From assembly GCA_030248215.1 (NCBI GenBank), contig JASANG010002125.1, forward strand, positions 310,001 to 374,000: a DNA stretch of 64,000 nucleotides, read 5' to 3'. Positions 50,739 through 64,000 of the stretch are shown one piece after another. The notes under the pieces were generated by a model that did not search any database, was not told the DNA's origin, and worked only from the letters and a program-made list of their open reading frames with translations. This DNA is from Enoplolaimus lenunculus (taxonomy: Eukaryota). A program made the position numbers and the translations under genes. Positions within the stretch are counted from its first letter, which is position 1; each line of letters starts with the position of its first letter.

Positions 50739-52828
50739 AGTATTTTGCAACTTAACAATAATAGCTGTATAATGATTGCACTACCGGCCTGATGCAACTT
50801 AGTACAGATCGAATTCACCCAGAGCTAAATTTTGAATTTGAAATGTGATAAAAATTATTTTTACTCAAATTTTTCAAACAAATACCAATAATTGACGAAT
50901 ATTCTTCAAACAATTACAAACCTTTTAACGGTATAGTAGAATTGACCTGGCTAAAGGTATGTTTTCGTCAGCGTTCCGAGTTTCATCTCCTGCGGAAATA
51001 CTTTGCTCAAAAGTTATGTCGTTTTTGTGCCCGTACGCGCGGAAAAACAAACGGTATTGTAAAAGTATTTCGTATTTCCGCAAATAACATATTTCAATAC
51101 GGTCTATTGTGAGCGGAGAAACTCTAGAATGAATCGCTTGTAGCAGCAAAATGCGTTATTAGGCAAGAAAAGCGTTTTGTATTTTTAACCAGATTCCTAA
51201 ATTTGGCGACCTCTAAATAAGTCTTCGCTTGTTTAAAATGCACTGTCTACTGATAAATTAACGTTAAATTTAACCAAACGAAACGCTGTTTTTGGCATCG
51301 GCGAACCCGTGAATAAGAACTGAACAACAAAGGTTCACAATTAGACAATAAATATCAATGAAGCATTAATGATGACCGATTCAATGGTTATGAAAGGTCA
51401 TTCAAAATTATGAACCAAAATTATACGTATACATCTTAATTTGGTTTTATAATTTCTCAAAGCACACGCACACACCGCTACCTTAAAATCAAATTGTATG
51501 CAGCTTTAGGCTTTTTTCTAAAACAAATTGTTTTCGATTTTTGGACGTATATTTAAACCATTTTATTGGTCAAAATATTCAAATGCAAAATTATGCGTTT
51601 GCAACCCAAATGAATTTTGCCTCGATGACATTGTTTTACGATTGTTTATTAAAAATAGTTTGTTTTTTGAAAATTTAAAATTACATATTATATATAAATC
51701 AGAGTGCAACCAGAATGCCGGTTCCAGTACGGAAATCCGGCGTTTTTGACTATCCAGTTCCGGTAAAAAATCCGGTATTTTGAACCGGAATTTCCCGGAA
51801 ATTTCGGGATTGCAAATTTTTGACAGTCGAAATTTTAAGAAAAATTAACGTATCATTCTAACTTATTTTTCTAAAATTAATATATATTGAAGTTTCATAG
51901 CTATTAAATTCAAAATACGACTGTGTATTTGTTTCAGTACAAATAATCAAGACTTATATGTGCAAAATTCTGCACAACTTATATTATATATATACTTGAC
52001 ACATTGAGCATAACTACTATACCTATCTACATGCTACTTTGATTTCCAAACATTTTAATAGCATTCCATTTAAATCCGGTAGCAACTCGAGTACTTGAAT
52101 TTGGTTTTCAAGTAACGATTTTAAAATTATAACCTCACCGCACTCAATTTCAACTCGACCAAATTTATTCAACACGCGTCATTAATTGGCTTTTCGCACT
52201 CGGCCTTTAATTTATATCACTAAATACTAATCAAAAAATCATTCAGTATACCAAGCCGAGAAGTTGTTTGAACGACTGCATTGCTCAAACACGGACGTTA
52301 TCGACGAAAGATACGGAGGTATACATATCTCTCGAAATTTTGGACTGACTTGAAACCGGAGCAATTGCAGACTGTAGGTAGATTCCCTTATAGAAGTAAT
52401 CAAAATCGGTTTCTCGCTCGTGACATTCGCTATCAAAACAACTTTTTGACATGACTGGTTAAGAGGTATTCATTCCTGAAACGAATTGCTGGCCACACCC
52501 CTGTCGATCAAACGTTTAAATAGTTCAGTTCAACTGAAGATAGGTTGAAAATTGAATTTCGTAATTTAAAGACTTGAGTCAGTAGGTAGTTTAATTGGAT
52601 ACAAATTATACGTATTGTAGTGGGCAAATTGCTAAAATATGCGTTGTAATACCTGTGAATTTTATTATAGATCATTTGTATTTCGGAGTACACTTGAACA
52701 GAAGCTGTCTCACTAGGGGGGGTAAAACGTTAAAATGTTAGTTTGTAAAGTCAATTAGTACGACATTCAGTGGTGCGTACCGTTGAATATTAAATTGCCG
52801 TGGGCGTGTACCAAGAAACCAAATAAAG

Positions 52829-53014
52829 GGACCGTGTACAGATTAGGGGCGGAACGTTTTTCTGTGGGTCTGCAATAGAGTAAGCACCAGCTTTAGACTA
52901 ATTGTTTTGCTTTAAGCTTAGGCTTAGGTATAAACTTATTCTTACACTTAGGCTTATGCTTAGGCTTAGAAATATGCTTATACTTCTGTTCCGCCCTTGT
53001 TCTATACATTGGCC
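52829..53014. mobile_element. TTAGGC-carrying MITE family A
   Basis: TIR pair; TSD AAATAAAG/ATTTAAAG (6/8). Confidence 0.8.
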
Positions 53015-55454
53015 ATTTAAAGTATTGGTTGTTAAAACAAAATTGGCAAATAAATAGCGATCGTCGCTGATGCGTAGTCATTATTTAACAGAAATCAATT
53101 CAGGATTTAGGCGGGGTGGTTTGCTGTCCTCTATGTACGCACCTGGTGTATACAACAGAAAGATTATTCAAATTTTTCCTAAGTTCGTAGCCAGCTCATC
53201 TTGCAAGTGGTTAACAATTTTGCACGAGGGGAATACAACGGATTTCGCTGACGTTCAAACAAGGCTGAAAATTTTCTTGGAGGAGGCCAATATTTTTCAA
53301 GAGGAGCTAAAATCCAGCCTTGTTCGCTCTTGGTTAACGGGCCCGGAACGTCGCAAAGTGTAAAAGTTACTTGCCGCTGAGCACTAGGCTATACGATGTA
53401 TAGACCGCTTAAAGTTTGTTCCCTATAACTGAGAAGGGGTACTTGAAAGGGAAATCTTAAATTGATGTCTTATTTGAGAAAAAGTTTAATTGAACCGTAA
53501 AGTTGGCCGACGAACTCGAGTGCTTTAGTCAGTTTGAAATTTTTTAAATTTAGTTCAGCGAATGATACAATTTTGTTTTCAAAATAAACTGCAAAATTTA
53601 TCTTATCTTCAGAATGAAAAAACTGTTTCGAAATTCATCAATGTTCCAGTAACGGAAAACTAACACTTTTTAAGATCAAAAAGCATAATACAAAAATGGA
53701 CGAAATATACGGTAAGTTCAGGTTAATTACTGTAGTTTAAAACTTCATGAGTTCACAACAATGACCAACAAGCATTAACCTCAACATGGACCATACAGCT
53801 GCAAATAATTCATTGAAAATCATAGCCATGGATTTAGTTCACATGTATGAATAACCATGCAAGTTCACTGAATATATTGCAGCCTCTCTCTTTGGCTGGT
53901 GAAAAAATGCAAGTTAGGCTTCTCGCTCACTGTGCTCATAAGGATTTTCTAGTCAAAACAACTAGTCGGTGTTCGCATCCTATACAGGGGTATATATACA
54001 GCAAGAACGAGAGATCCGAGACCGTATTTTTAAAATCAAATCTTTCTGTCGTATTTAACATCAAAATAGCGTTAGGCATCTCGTTCAAATCACTCTGACA
54101 CCCACTCCTCGTTTTGGCTCGGCTGCTGCGCGCGCCGCAGGAACCATAGTTTAGATGCAAACAGGACGTTTTACTTAAACCAGAGTTTGGTTTCAAACCA
54201 TTTAACCATCTACGCCAAATTACATTCCTAATCGTAAAATGTTTCCGTTTAAAACGCTAAATCAAGTCTGTCCATTGTTATTATTAATGATAAATATGAA
54301 TTGGCCAAAATGACATATAAACCTTGGTATCATTCGGTTTGGCTGTATATATGCAAATGTTAATAATATTAATAATAATAGTAATAATAATAATAATAAT
54401 AATAACGTTTATAGAATATCTATTTCAAGAAAAGAGTCTTTAACTCTAATGTAGGTATTATTTTCAGCATGTACTGGCTTCTGAAAACATTTCAGGTTAA
54501 TAAAGAATGCTATACTGATCCAGAGTAGTGGTCATCGTTAAACCAATTCAAACTTTGAAAGCACGTATAGGGAGTAATTTTAGCAAATATTTAAATACAG
54601 TTCCTGAGGCAGTCGTAAATAGTTTTTTACTGTCTTGCTTATGCTTAAGTTCAAGCTTAAACTTAGACGTCAGTCCTAGGCTTAAATTAATGCTTAATAG
54701 TAACTTTATTTTAACTTTGAACCCTAATTTTAATGTTTAAATCTATACAATTAAAGCTGTAATGCCCAACATACGTATTTTAAGCAATTTTTATAGCATA
54801 CTTTGTTTACAATAGTTTCATATCACATAGACGGGGTTGTTTTATATTTAAAAAATCGGCAAACAGATTTTTATACATTCGCTAACAGTTTTATGCGTTG
54901 CACAGAGTAGAACGGCTCGCTAGTTGGCCCAATCTTTCAATTCGAATAATTGCATTCGGTTTATATCCTACCAAATTTCACGTTTACAAATAAACCGAAA
55001 ATATTTAAAAGTAAAGCTTAGTCAAGTTTGCAAGCGTTGTTGCTATTGGCGTACCGGAAACTTATTGTCATTCGAGTATTTGTGCGAGTAAAATGAGGTT
55101 TGTGTCTATAAACCGGTCATAATCAACCTCTAATACCGGATACAAACTTCGGCGAGCGCAACAAAAGGAACCTTTTATTCTACCGCGATTAAGGGTATAA
55201 TTGCACTCGAGGTCCAGGTATAAACGGCGCACTGCTGAGCAAACCAAAGGTTACGGGCCTCCTTCTGGGTCCGAGTTTTGAACTGTTTTCAAAATATTTG
55301 TATTGAAGTTTGCCTAAAAGAAATAGTAAACGGTAACGATTAGTGACATTTAAGAACGTAAATGACTCGAGTAAAAGTTTACTGTTTGACAGTTTATAGT
55401 AAAACTGGCCTATGTATAGAACAGGGTCGGAACAGTAGTATAAGCATATTCCTA

Positions 55455-55897
55455 CTGTAGTGATCTTAACAGGAGGGGATAATAACAGGGAGGTCCGCAT
55501 TTTGAGTACCAATCAACAGGATTTCGTATCACTAATAAGAGTCCGTAAATGGACACAGACCTTAAACCCTAATTAGGATCCGTAAATGTCACATGTGCCT
55601 AATTGTAGTGCATAAATGACTCTAGGACCAAATAAAGTTGAGTTGGAAACTTTAAAGCATACTTCACTTTTGAAAGCACATTCCTAATAGTGCTACCTTG
55701 CATTATCGCTCAAGCTTTTGATACAAGACAAATAAACGTTTAATTCAACGGATAGTTGCAATACCAGATATATATCAGTAACGAAGGGTTGTGGACAGCG
55801 GGTTAAAAATAGTAGTTCGTAACCAAATACCAAGGGGGATGCCCTCTGCAAAGGCCAAATAAATTGCTGTCTTAAGTCCTGTTTCGGGTCACTACAG
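55455..55897. mobile_element. TA-TSD MITE (family I) inserted into a family A copy (55407-55454)
   Basis: TA|CTGTAGTGATCTTAACAGGA ... TCCTGTTTCGGGTCACTACAG|TA. Confidence 0.75.
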
Positions 55898-56608
55898 TAC
55901 GCTGTCAAGCTAAAACGGGGAATTATTTTTTGACAGTAAAATTGATCAAGCGGCTCTTGAATGTGTAACGGGTAACCGCTGAGATCGTAGACACGTGCGC
56001 AGCTATAGCGGTTTCAGGGTCTACAAGCCTCTCTTTGAAATTCTCGTCGAGGGTATGCGGATTCCTTTTAAATTTGAAACACAAAAACCAACTTCAAAAA
56101 ATTTAATGAACAAAACCCACATTTTCAAAATCTCGGCTGCGCCCATTATTGTTAATTATATATAAAACAAACCAGTGATTAGAAAGGTTAAAGCATACAG
56201 GGTACGGCCTGGATTCCAACAAATGCCGGTGTATTATAATCTAATATCCGGCCGGAGCCGGATAGTTAATTCAAATCTAACACTAGATGGCGTTCAAATA
56301 TCAGAACGTAAGTAGCAAAAAATCTTTAATTCCTTGGCCTAAGGTATTTAAAGGCTTTACATAACAAAGTTTAACATTTCACGCCAATAAATTTTTAACA
56401 CCTGAACAACGACTCTATTTCACTATTCTTTGTTTTTGTAGCGTTGCGTTTAGTTGGAATAATTGTTTGGCCCATGTTGGGTTGATGAGCATCCAGTTTT
56501 CCGTAGGTAAGTATATATCGCAAACTAGAAGTGGCTATGATTAATGCTATTATTGTTTATGCCTTAAGCTTAGTTATAGATTTATTTTTACGTTGAAGTT
56601 TAGGATTA

Positions 56609-56865
56609 AACTGCAAATTTTAGTGAGTTGATTTAAACTGAGAATGAGTTGAATCACTCAGTCGGAGTAAGGACAATCAGAACTCAAGTTTTTGAGTTGA
56701 TTCAATTCATTCTGAGCTAAGTAACCAACCAACTCATTCAGAGTCAGCTCAACTCAGACTGAGAATCCACTCAACTGAGAGTAGAGTTAATGTTTACTGA
56801 TATTAATTCAGAAATAACCAGCTCGCTAACTGAATTGATTAATCAATTCATTGGAATTTACAGTG
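56609..56865. mobile_element. CACTG-ended MITE (family F)
   Basis: ACTGCAAATTTTAGTGAGTTG ... GGAATTTACAGTG|TA. Confidence 0.7.
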
Positions 56866-57132
56866 TAGTGTTCGGAACACGAATATGTTGAGATATATTA
56901 CGGTTATGCTCTTAACAAAACACTGGTCATCGGAGCTGTATATCCGGTTGCACCCTATATATACCCTAAGAAGCTCATCACAAGGCTGAAAATATAGCAA
57001 TTCTACTGTTAAATACGTTAACACAGCAGACAGTTCAAAATTAAAAAATTTCACATTCTTCTATGCATGGCGTCTGTTTTACACCATCAAAGACGTAGGC
57101 AAGATTTCATTTCGGAACCGTATAACAACCTA

Positions 57133-57577
57133 CTGTAGTGACCCGAATAAGAGGGGGAACTAATATTTATTTGGCCTCTCCATAGGGTTCCCCCCTTGTT
57201 ATTCGGTTACGGACTGTTATTTATTTTTAACCCACGCTCCGCCGCCATTCGTTACTGATATATATCCGGTACTGCAATTATCCGTTGAATTAAACGTTGA
57301 TTTGTCTTGTGTCAGCAGCTTGAGCGATAATACAAGGTTATACTTAGGAATGTAAGTACTTTCAAAATTTAAGTACGCTTTAAAGTTTCGAACTCAAATT
57401 AATTGGTCCTGGAATCATTTATGCGCTACAATTACGGTTAATTGACGTTTATGGACTCTAATTATGGTTTAGGGACTCTATCCGCTAACGGACTCTTATT
57501 AAGGATACGGACTCCTATTGATTCGAACCCAAAATGGAGACCCCGCTTTTGCCCCCGTTTTATTCGGGTCAATACAG
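57133..57577. mobile_element. TA-TSD MITE (family I), opposite orientation to 55455-55897
   Basis: TA|CTGTAGTGACCCGAATAAGAGGGG ... CCCCGTTTTATTCGGGTCAATACAG|TA. Confidence 0.75.
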
Positions 57578-58753
57578 TAACGGAGTATTGTGAAGCCTCT
57601 AAACGTGCCTTTTTTGTACGTCTCCGGATATTTCGGAGAAGTCTATATATTTCACCCTATCCACCATTATACGCTCTTGAACAATTTGTTGATTTCCCCT
57701 AAAGTTTACTGCATTTCCTGTTCCGAGCAAACGTGACTTTAAAACTCACACGTGTTTCTTTGTTTTTTAGTCGAATCAGACTATAAATTTGAAAAAAACG
57801 GCCAAATTTTACGTGTTAAATTCAATCGATTTATACGCCATAATTACACTAATCTATCGTGGTTAGTGGTCTAGGTTTTGAAAATTTTTTCGCTTGTGTT
57901 ACAACACTACGTATACTTTCAAATATTTTCCTCAAAATAGACCACGCTTGGCACCGTTCTATACGGGGCTGAATGTTGTTATAGGTGATTTCCTGCAACC
58001 ATTTGTTAAAAATGTCGATTTGTCAACACCGGTTAACTTAGTCTTTTTAGCGATACATCAAAAAAAACATACTCTTAAATTTTGAGGCTAATTATTTTTA
58101 CTCAAATTTAAGAGTAATTTTAATTTTAATACTTTGTAAATATATGCGTACGGATAAAACACAACAATCACTCACAAGAAGCGGGGTACTATAGCTTGTT
58201 GTGTTTCAATTATTGCCAGTGGTTCATATAAGGTAAGCGATTGAGGCTATATATTTCATCCAGAATTTTTTGGAAAGACACAAAAGAGGATTTTTAGGGT
58301 GGCGGTATGCTTTTGATGACGTCCGGCGCTTCCGTCATCGTCCGGGGCCGTTTGTCATCGTACTTCACCGTGAGGTATCGTACGTCGTGCGGTATCGTAC
58401 GTGAATTACTTTACGATACCGTATGGTAATGGACGGCGCTGTACGACATGTACAGTGCCACCGTAAACAGTGTCCAGGAAACGCACTTAACCATTTGGGG
58501 AGAACAGAAATTTCTTTAAAATAACTCTTTTACCCTTTCGAAAACAAATGCTTTTCCCACACCGCTGAATGTTACTTTAAAAATTTTAAAATCATTTTGT
58601 CTCAAAGTTTCGATTTAATTTCTGGAGTTATATATTTATCGATAACAAGCAATAAAATTGCAGTTTAAAATTTCCTATATAAATCAGCTTAAAAACGTTT
58701 TTCAGTTTATTAAGTATTTGACATCAGCTAAAATAATAGGTCATAAAACAATC

Positions 58754-58932
58754 GGCCCATGTATAGAACAAGGCCGGAACAGTAGTATAAGCATATTCCT
58801 AAGCCTAAGCCTATTTCTAAGCCTAAGCCTAAGCCCAAACCTAAGCCTAAGCAAAAAAGTTAGTCAAAAGCTTAATCTGATTCGATTACAGCCTCGCCGA
58901 AAAGCGATCCGGCCCTGTTCTATACATGGGCC
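58754..58932. mobile_element. TTAGGC-carrying MITE family A
   Basis: Near-perfect TIRs GGCCCATGTATAGAACA.GGCCGGA; TSD AAACAATC/AAACATTC. Confidence 0.9.
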
Positions 58933-61021
58933 AAACATTCTATTCTCGGTCGCTTTACGAGAAATTGATAGTCATGCTGATCATGTGACACAAGCCAAAT
59001 GACATAGTAGCGAACCTTTGCTTAGAGACAAACTAAACTCAAAATTAACACCATTTTGTTGAGTTTAAAATGCATAATTTTTGATTTCATCGTTTATTTT
59101 ATATAACATATAAAATGTCAATATGTATAATACATAGCGAAATTTGCAAGACAGATTTAGTAAAATCCGCCTTGAAAAGCTTAGAAAACGCAATAGATTC
59201 ATCGATAAGAGAAAATGATATTTTCACAAAAATACAATACGACCTCAAATTTAAGAACCCTACTGACGAAATATTTTTTGGTACGTGAAACTATTTCTTA
59301 AGCTAAAATTAACAAATTGTAGGTTTAAAATGCAGCAAACAAACGCTGGCATATCTAACGAGGCCATTCAAGCCAAAGTCCACAATCAGGGATCAGATAT
59401 ACCCCACCGAAGTGACTCAAAGTCATGATTTTTGTGTTAAGATTCTGGCAATAATAATATTGCGGTTGACTTCTTTCTCGTGCAGTTTTTTTAATATTAA
59501 AATCTAATTTTTATACACAATCATGGTTACCAACCCTACCAAAACACAGTCCAAGGATAAGCTGAGTAAAAAATTGATTTTTAAAATTTTGGCTTTTGAC
59601 GCCCCAAAAATGTTTCGTGTTTGTTTCTTTTGCTGGATAAAAATAAATCTTACAGATGTTAAACTATAAATTTTATTTATTTTTAATTCAAATTTAGGCG
59701 TTGAATGATCAGAGGAGGTCAAGAGAAAATGAAATATGCAAAAAATCGAGCTATTTTTGGGCAAACACCGGCTGGGAGAATAACGAAAAACACCCGCATT
59801 TTGACCATAATTACGGCCTTACGTTACACACAATTACGTTTACGCAACAGCAACAAAACAATTACACCGAATTTTGCCACTCGTTTACACCAGGCACATA
59901 TTTAAAGTGCAACTTTATACTTCCTAAGATATAAAATTTAAGCCAAAAACCAGCTCAATAGTATACCGGAAAGATATTGAGAGTATAATATACATATTTA
60001 GTAATTATACAACGTACTCAAATTATGGGACATTTTTCTAAACGATATTATAGAAAGTGTAATTTGCACAAAAAAGATTTGTCAAATATTTGAATCGCCT
60101 CTTTCCACAGTCGATTTAGGTAATTTTCAAAAATCATTACTTCAAAGTCAGATTAAATGACGAAAGTAACGCGTTTTGTAGACCAATTACGACTCGTAAA
60201 ACAGCCAAATTTTAAGGAAAGTCATTAATAATCTTTGTGCGAACCTTTATCGCTGTCAAGCTCGCCACTATGAGGGCCGAAGCGAGAGGTCACCGTTCAA
60301 CCTACGGACATTTTTGCTCCACCCTCAACCTGTGTTGAAACTTTTGAAACATTAAAAAATTTTATATTAAAATTTTTTTATTTTTCTTAAAATGTTCTTC
60401 TGATCTCTACTTATCATTCTATCTTTCAAAGCTGATACGTGTATACAGCGTCAAACTGACACAATGTAATTAGTTGAAAATTTGACAAAAATGATTTTTG
60501 AACGGAAGCAAAATGCAATATCACAATCAGAGATTTACTAGTAACAAAAGTGTTTCTTTATTGATTTATTGCTTCAATGCTTCTTAAGCCTTTCATTTTA
60601 GCCTACAGATTTATATTGTTCTTGTTGTAATATCTAGTTGAACTTAACCACCATTATAGCGAGAGTAAAGGAATAACATTTAAAACGCGATTAGCAAATT
60701 TGCAAACCTTGCAAAAGTAACTTGAATTTCAACAACATATTTTGAAACATTTGGCTTCCTATCCGTTAAAATTTACGAGCCTGTGCGAGAAAATGGGCAC
60801 AGTTGAAAACGTTCGGCCATTAAACAACAACTTAGAGATTGCTAGTTTTGAAGCAAGAACGTATATAAATGCTATTGAAAATCAATTAGGAATCTAATTA
60901 TGCGTTTAGGGATAATTTGTTGTTGCTATAAAAACAAGGCTGCAAACTACTGGATGACTGCAGTTATATAAACGCTGTGCATAACTAAAAGCAGTTGTAC
61001 AATTAAAACTGCAATTTATGG

Positions 61022-61158
61022 TATATATATGTGAGCATATATATTATATATGTGTGCATATATATTATACATATATGAGTGCATATATATTAAATATATA
61101 CATGTGCATATATATATTAATATATATATTTATATATATGTATATATACCTATATATA
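61022..61158. repeat. (TA)-rich low-complexity repeat (similar at ~44845-44925)
   Basis: Direct reading. Confidence 0.85.
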
Positions 61159-61984
61159 GTTGCACGCAGGTGGCTTTCTCAAGTTTAAGGTTAACACCAA
61201 CTATGTCTTCAGGCCCATAGTCAGATTGGCTAAAGATTTGACCTCCCATAGAAACGTTTAAGCCCAACTTGTAGGTCTTTGAATATATTCGCGCAAAACA
61301 ATTTTACTTTAACGCGATATGAATCAACAATGGTATAAAGTTAAAGCCAGCTACACTGTTTGGTTTGAATCAAAACTTTGTCACTAATGGCGTCAAGTCG
61401 TCCTGGATTCAACAAAGTTTGTAGAAAAGTTTGCGATTGTATCTGTGTATTTTGATCGGAAGTCCAATCGTTGCATATATAGCAAATTAACGTTTATGTC
61501 CGATGCTCGCTGAGTTTTGAACGCGAAAATGTTAATGGTTTGTAAACTTTGGTCAACAAAGGTCTAATTACCGGCAAAATACCGTAAGACCACACATCCT
61601 AGGTTTAGTGTTCCGGTCCATTAAAGATCTCTGAGGCAAACGTAAAACCATCAACGCGATCAGTGTTGATTGTGTTTTAAACAGGGCTTGACTCGGTATG
61701 AATTCACAGATTTATAACAGAACACCAGCGATATATAAGCATTATTGCGTAAACAGCTTGCATCAAGCTGAGCGTTTGAGAAACTAAACGCAATTTTAGT
61801 GCTAAATTGTAATTCGAAATTTTGGTTGAGATCCAAAACTTGCAGGCAAGTCCTAAGTGGGACCTTTCTAGCCGCCATGGCTTATGATGTATTAACGTTC
61901 TAACTTCGAGGCCAATAGAATAAACATAAAATTTGAAAATGTGTTCAAATTACATGAATTACAGGTGATTTAAAGGGTACAAAT

Positions 61985-62168
61985 AAGGTTGTTAGCCAGG
62001 ATTTTACTTTGAGAATGTATAACCATTTATAACTCTTCTTGCATGCGAGCGTAACAGGAACGAAAAACTGTACCTACACAGGTTCTGCCCTTATAACTGC
62101 ATTTTTTACGAGTGTTACCAGCAATTTCGACGGATATATCCCCCTATTGACCCTTTTGTACGCGCCTG
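61985..62168. mobile_element. Small degenerate hAT-like MITE
   Basis: ...TAGCCAGG left end, TACGCGCCTG right end; TSD GTACAAAT/GTACAAAA. Confidence 0.5.
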
Positions 62169-64000
62169 GTACAAAAATATATTGAAAGTACTCGCAATAG
62201 AAAACCTTAAAACATTTCGTGGTAACCCGTTAGTTACTTTTGAAATCAAAACGGACATCCGGTTAGTTTTTTCGCGGTCAGATGACACGTGAACGTAGTA
62301 GCTAAGTAATTATTATCAAATATAATATAAAAATGATTTAAAAAATTTTACGACTCATGCAATCGCTTTTTTCGGGTTCTAAATACGCAATCGGATATAT
62401 TTACGCTAAACAATACCTAATATCTACGGCTACCGCCGTTTTAAACGACTTACAACGATTAACTCAAGCATAGATCATTAATAACTTTTGAATAGTCCAT
62501 GGTTTAGCTTTGTTTTAAGCTCTGGTTTGTGTGTGTCTTTTGTGTATATCTTAAATTTTTTGACCTCCAAAAAATAAAGACTTAATTGCTGCGGCAGTAA
62601 AAATTGCAGTTTAAATGCTTAACAACGTGACAGAATTTGTAAATTACGATTGGCTTTGGGTTAAAACTCACCTTAAAGCTGATCGTTGTTTGGTTTCCTG
62701 GTTTACTTTATGGTCTGTTCTAGCATTCAAAAAACAGGTTTTGAGCTTCGCATTGGTTTAGTTATGTTGACAAAATTATAAAGTATACCAATTTTAAATC
62801 TATGCTTAGATACAGATTAAACTACTGCAGAGCGTTCGTTATACAGCCGCTGTACTCTACTCGATCCATTTTCAGGGCTTGGTTTCCCTTCATAGAGAGC
62901 ACTGTAGACAGAATATATATCCATGCTGGAAACCTTAAAGGGACAACATAAAGTACTTTTAACAGGTTTAGAATTACAATATTGATCGGAACAGTCAATT
63001 AAGTGTTGTTTTGCATAGTGGCTTACGTTTTAACCAGGGCATCTTTTAGCATGTTTTGTCACTAAGACTATTTGGTAGTATTTTAGCCGCCTAAATTTCA
63101 TAAAATCGTAGTTGTCTGCAATCGCCATATGTAAGACATTTTTTTGTTCCTCAAAATCATATGACAATCGGCATGTATGTTTATCAGCGAATATCATATT
63201 CTCATGGGATAATCGAGCTTTGATGACCCAATATGAGAGCCTGAATTTTAACGTTGACGTCGAATCAACATGAGACGAATTGTGACCCGTCGGCATCGGT
63301 TATAACACCTGCATCCCTCAAGATACTATACTCACTCAAACTGAAAACCTGGCTACCACCCTGTCCTTTTAACTCGAATAGCTGAATGAAAGTCCATACA
63401 ATTACTCATGTTTAACCAAGAACACCTGGTTTAAAAATAGTACTTAAGAAATTGAAATTTTTAAAATTATATTTTTCAGGTTATATGTTTCAAGAAAAAC
63501 GAACTTTGGCAATTATTTGTTATATATTCGCTAAACCAGAAATGAAAATACAAAATTTTTTAAATCAGACTAGAATTGCCAAAATTAAGTTACTTCGATA
63601 TACAATTGTTTGATTTGCTGTATCAGTTTGAGTAAGCTCTTTTGCACGGAAATTAACGTAAGTCATACTTGAATTGGCTTAAAATTGACAACTGCGTGGG
63701 CTACAAAAGAAGCAATAATCATGGTCAAAATGAAATTTCCGTAGCTCGTGCTTTACGTCTGCTGTCTTGATATGTAGCTTTTAATACCTTGATGTTGATA
63801 TTGAATAAATTGAAACCAAAAAACTTTAGGGAAATGTTTTCTTAATTGTTTAAAGATGTTGAGCAAAGCTCAGAAAGCTAAAACATTTTAAGTATATATT
63901 AAACACAACGTCTCAAAATAGGAAAACTATTAATTTACCTGCTGAAAAAACACCGCCAAGTTATATATGCTTGTTTCTTGGTAAAATATTAATCGTATAC

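Overview
AT-rich, repeat-dense, gene-poor animal genomic DNA. It is probably a nematode, inferred from TTAGGC repeats, TTTCAG-type acceptors and an ODR-2/HOT-like Ly6 protein; this is not proven. Two spliced protein-coding genes are well supported, both on the minus strand. (1) A Ly6/uPAR three-finger, probably GPI-anchored protein at ~5422-7601 (4 exons, ~229 aa). (2) A FoxQ2-class forkhead transcription factor at 34171-37724, probably extending to a 20-nt first coding exon at 41454-41473. It is ~1020-1070 aa, with large CAA-encoded polyQ tracts and a C-terminal EH1 motif FDVESLL. The rest is a mosaic of short non-autonomous DNA transposons (MITEs) of at least eight families recognisable by TIRs and TSDs, several nested, plus tRNA-derived SINE-like relics, a 19-20 bp satellite inside a TIR element, and GTT/AAT/TA microsatellites. 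The most striking structure is a very abundant MITE family (about 18 copies plus 4 of a sister family). It has GG-starting TIRs and 8-bp TSDs (Merlin/IS1016-like), and its internal cargo is the nematode telomeric hexamer TTAGGC. No autonomous transposase, CRISPR array or prokaryotic system was found.
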